Assembly (NCBI GenBank): GCA_965178125.1
Contig: OZ237747.1
Location: forward strand, 62,001 to 126,000
DNA length: 64,000 bases
From: Bilabrum cf. latius
Lineage: Eukaryota
Direction of reading: 5' to 3'
Part shown: piece by piece, positions 60,137-64,000 of the stretch
Layout: every line of letters begins with the position of its first letter
Numbering within the stretch: position 1 is the first letter of the stretch
Translations under genes and position numbers: made by a program
The notes under the pieces: generated by a model
Database searches by the model: none
The model's input: only the letters and a program-made list of their open reading frames with translations
What the model was told of the DNA's origin: nothing

Positions 60137-63100
60137 ATGGGTGAGCTTTCCTGCACAGTGCCGTCTTCAGCCAAGGTCCTGCAGCTGCTAGCTTGGCGAT
60201 TCTGCAAGTTAGTTGCATTTATGCGCATGCTCTCTGCGCAGGAGGACAAGCTGCTCAAGCGACTTTCTTCTCTCTAGCAATCACTTCAAGATGTTGCAGC
60301 CTCGATCGCATCTGCTTCCACCAGTTTGCTGCGGGAGCCGCGGGATGGCCGGGATCACAGACGTCACACCGTATCGATTTCACACAGCTCCCTGGATCGC
60401 TTTCAAGCTGATGTGCGGGCGAAGAGGAAGCGTTTTGATAACATCACATCAGATTTGAACCGGTGCATGGACGCACTGCATCGTATCCGCACGCCTGACG
60501 TGCTCGACTGCAAGGTCTGGAGCGTCTCTCTGCCGGCCCCCATCCGAGGGGGCCGGCGCCGCACCGCCAGAACAATACTGAGTGGCCAGCCGAATGATTC
60601 GCTGACATCCATTGGAGCCAACTCGCTGATCCTGTCGTCCTCCATCCCGGGAGAGGCATCGGTGGTCGCATCTGGCGGGGGCGCCCTACTGGGCCTCCCC
60701 CTGTCGCACCCCTCGATCGCACCCGCACCAACCCTGCAGTGGTAGACAAGTGGCCATGCTTCTGACGACAGGTAGAACTGTCAGCTCGTGGCCGTCAATG
60801 GAAGCGACCTGGGGGACGGGGGAGCAGCGGGGGGGCGGCCGGGCAGGGCAGGCTCGGACGGGACACCCGCCGGAGGGAGCCCCACGGGGGGCAGGGACTC
60901 GGAGTCGTTAGCGACCTCCGTGGGGCCCGACACAGACGCAGACGCGGCAGACAGGAGGGCGCGGGCCAGTACCCCCGAGCTGAGGCTTACCAGTGGGCCC
61001 GGGCCCGAGGAGGACGACGACGTAGACACTGGCAGGAATGGGCCGCAGGGGGGCAGCGGAAAGGGGTTGCTTGAGCTGCCCATAGCGCCCCCCACGTTGC
61101 CTGCACGTGGAGCTGGCGTTGAAGGCGGGGGTGGGAGCGGGGCTCAGTACCCCGGTCCCGATGCGAATGCGAGCTACTGGCAGCCCGCCTCCCTGCCCAG
61201 CGTGGCACACTCCAGCAGGCCACTGGCTGCCATGCGCGCGCTGCATGGGGGCCAGTGGGCGGCCAGCGGCGCCAGCTCGGGACAGCATACCGCCGCTGTG
61301 GTCACTGCGGGGGGGCACTGCCTGGTGCTAGACCTGGGCCGAAGGGGCAGGGCGGGGCTATCCGGGGGGTACAGCGGCCTGCCGGTGGGCGGACATGGGG
61401 CGGGGCCTGTGTTCCCTGGGGTGAGTGGCACGAGGCTGGGTCCGGAGGGCATGCAGGTTGGTACTGGGGCGGGGATGGGGGCAGGGCTTCAGTTGCACCG
61501 GGGCTCGCTGGAGGCCCCGGCCGCGAGCGGCAGGGGCGGCGGCGTGCTGCCGGGACCCCATGGCGGCGCGGGTGGTCTGTCCGCAGATGGACTGGAGCGG
61601 GCGGCTCTGGCGGTGGCCAGGGATGGGCCGGCCTCGCTTCCCAGCGCGGCCGCCCGGACTCTGGCTCGAGCAGCGGCGGCGGCGCAGCAGGCGCAGCACG
61701 ACCATGAGCAGCAGCACCAGCATGCAATGCACCACATGTTCCCCTCCGACGCCGGCGGGCCCCCGGATGCGGTTGGCCCGGGCACCGTCAGGAGTCTCTC
61801 CTCCCACGCTGCCTCTAGAGCACCCGCCGAGCACCAGCACCCCACTGCTGACGGTGCCATGGGCGGGCACGGGCTTGTAGGGGGTGGGCACCTGCGCGGG
61901 GCAATGAGCCGGCTGGGCTGGCGGGTGGGCGCCCCGCTGCCCGGCGCTCCCGTGGCCTCGCCGCCAGTGCCCGTGGTGTGCGTGGACGAGGACGCGCCCT
62001 CTCACCGCCGCTTCAGCCCGAGGTTCGTCTCGGTCAAGCACGCGCAGGGCCGCGTGTTTGCACTCACGAGCGGCGGCACCGTGGTCTGGTGGCCCGACGT
62101 GCGGCACGCGCAGCTGGCGCGGGCCAGCAGTCGCTCTCTGTCTGGCGAGCGGGCGCCAGGGGGAGACCCCGGGGCCCGAGGGAGGGGCGGGGAAGGTGCA
62201 ACGGGACATGGGGGGGAGTCCCATCGGTTCGCGTGCCGCATCGCGGGCGCGCCCCGAGTGGTGGCCAGGAAGCTGCCGCTGGCTGGCACCGCGCTGCGGG
62301 TGCAGGGGCGGCCGCCCGTTGCCTGCCTGCAGCCAGGCGACTCGCTGCATGGATATCCCGTGACCACCACCTGGGCCAGCATGGCGGACGCGCCCAGAGC
62401 CTTTCCCATCTCGCTGGCCGATGGGAGCCAGGGAAGACAGGAGAACACGGCGCACATATACGGGAGCCGCGGGAAGGCGGCCCTTGCTGTGTCCTAGTCT
62501 TCCAGAGGGATTTCTGCCGAGGCGGCGCTGGTGCCGCTGCGGGGCACTGGCAGGGACAGGGGGGCGCAGGGAGGCGCGGGCGGGGGCCCAGCCAGGCATC
62601 CGGGGCTGGAGCAGGTACCACCAGGGAGCCAGGGGGCGGGCGTGGGTGTGGCCCCTGACGGGAGCTCTCACCGTGTGTCGAGGGCAGCCACAGCGGCGGT
62701 GGTGGAACACACCGGGGACGAGGCCGGTGTTGGTGTTGGGGTGGGGGAGCTGACCGGGGCGGGGCAGCGCGGGGAGAGCCCTGCTCTGGAGGAGGGGGGC
62801 GTTGGCAGCGGGGCTGATGGGTCCTCTCCTCTGAAGCGGCGGTCGATCTTCGCTGGGATCGTGTCCGCAGTGGGCAGCGCGTTCGGGAGCGGGTCCAGCA
62901 GTAGGAGATCGGCCGCCATCGGCCAGGCGCAGCAGTCGTCCCCTGCCCGTGCCCTCGCCGCGGCCTCGGGCTAGAGCGGGCAGGAGGGGGGGGCCGAGGA
63001 TAGCCCGAAGAGGACCCGCTCCTCGACCGGCTCGGACGCACGGCCTCCCTCGGGGCAGAGCCCGGAGGGCACTCCGGCCAGGGAACAGCGCGGAGGGCCA

Positions 63101-64000
63101 GGGGTAGGGTCCCGGTCTCGATCGCGAGGTGGCTCCGAGGGAGGCAGCCACTCTTCGGACGGTGGCAGAACGCCTGAACACGGGGAGAGAGAGAGGGTCC
63201 GCAGCGACGGGCAGCGGCCTCACCAGGCCGGGCGGTCACCCTCAGCTCCGTCTGCTTCCTCGATGCAGGCGGCCAGGCAGCCCGCGAGGAGACCGTGCGT
63301 AGTTCCCTGTCCCTCGCAGCCCAGCCGCTCGCTGCAGCGGGCCAACGCGCTGGTGGTGCGGGTGCGCGACATGTTCGTGGCCGGGGGCAGGCTCGGGTGC
63401 GTGGCGCAGCTCCTGTCCAGCCGCACCAGCCGACGGGTCGATCTGCTCCTGTTCGCGTTCAGCGCAAAGGAGCTGAGGGCGGCGGCCGAGGCGCCGCACG
63501 GGCACGAAGACCTGTCCCCAGGGGGCGCCGGGGGAGAGAGCGGAGCCAGCAGCTCGGTGTTTGCCGGCAGGCCCTAGCTTGATCAGTTGGAGGAGGACCA
63601 GGAGTTGGTGCTTGTGCCCTGCCACGCGACTGTGAGGCAGCCAGTGGAGCAGGGGCAGGCGCAGGGGCAGGGGTCCAGAGCGGGCGGAGGGGGATCGGGA
63701 CAGGGTGCGAGAAGGCGATGGGTGCCTGGGCAACCAGCGATCGGGAGAGCAGCAGCGGACGCTGTGGTCAGGCAGGAGGGCGAGGAGGGGTCCGTAGGCG
63801 GCGGGGGCGCGCTGATGGCGTGCAGCAAGACTATGGGCGTGCTGGTGGCAGATGCTTCTGCTCTTCGCCTGTACTGGCACGCTGACGTTATGATGGCAAG
63901 GCGCCGGAGGGACTCGCCCTCCGCTGGCGAGTCCTCCAACCAGCAGGAGGAGCAGGAAGCACGGGAACGGGGCAGAGACAGAGACAGAGACAGGGACGGG
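60137..64000 (+). CDS. Large hypothetical Gly/Ala-rich protein, incomplete at window end (weak RCC1/beta-propeller-like segments)
   Basis: ATG 60137. Fragments starting at 60326, 60788, 62531 and 63263 share one frame joined by TAG, and the frame stays open to the end of the window. Confidence 0.55.

Noticed and set aside
14732-64000. Genes with internal TAGs as a cluster of pseudogenes
   Set aside because: The interruptions are exclusively TAG, with no TAA, TGA or frameshifts outside canonical introns. They occur in housekeeping genes (succinyl-CoA ligase, eIF3g) and catalytic motifs are intact.
1-64000. Prokaryotic or phage (code 15) origin
   Set aside because: Spliceosomal GT-AG introns and eukaryote-specific genes (eIF3g, dynein light chain, DHHC, CEP41-like) are present, and there are no operons.
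1-64000. tRNA genes (including a suppressor tRNA-Gln CUA) or rRNA genes
   Set aside because: None recognisable by eye; tRNAscan-SE would be needed to exclude them.

Overview
Gene-dense, GC-rich eukaryotic (protist-like) nuclear DNA with GT-AG introns near gene 5' ends. The main signal is a non-standard nuclear genetic code. TAG occurs in-frame in most genes, including at the conserved Gln of the succinyl-CoA ligase KAQVLAGGRG motif, while every complete gene model ends at TAA or TGA, so UAG is most likely read as Gln. Re-translated this way, the fragmented ORF track collapses into 19 host genes: SDR, succinyl-CoA ligase beta, dynein light chain, CEP41-like, a giant multi-domain glycosyltransferase, a peroxisomal carnitine acyltransferase, RSM22/METTL17-like, a UVR coiled-coil protein, eIF3g, a DHHC palmitoyltransferase, a Neverland/DAF-36-like Rieske oxygenase, a kelch membrane protein, a DOT1-like methyltransferase, a putative glycoside hydrolase, an SGNH hydrolase and several hypotheticals. 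These alternate strand almost perfectly. Positions 1728-14659 hold a ~12.9-kb DNA transposon with perfect 53-bp terminal inverted repeats, a possible TT target-site duplication and palindromic subterminal repeats. It carries two divergent giant ORFs visible only under the TAG=Gln code, one of them a CMC/EnSpm-Plavaka-like DDE transposase. All family assignments come from motif recognition by eye, not database searches.
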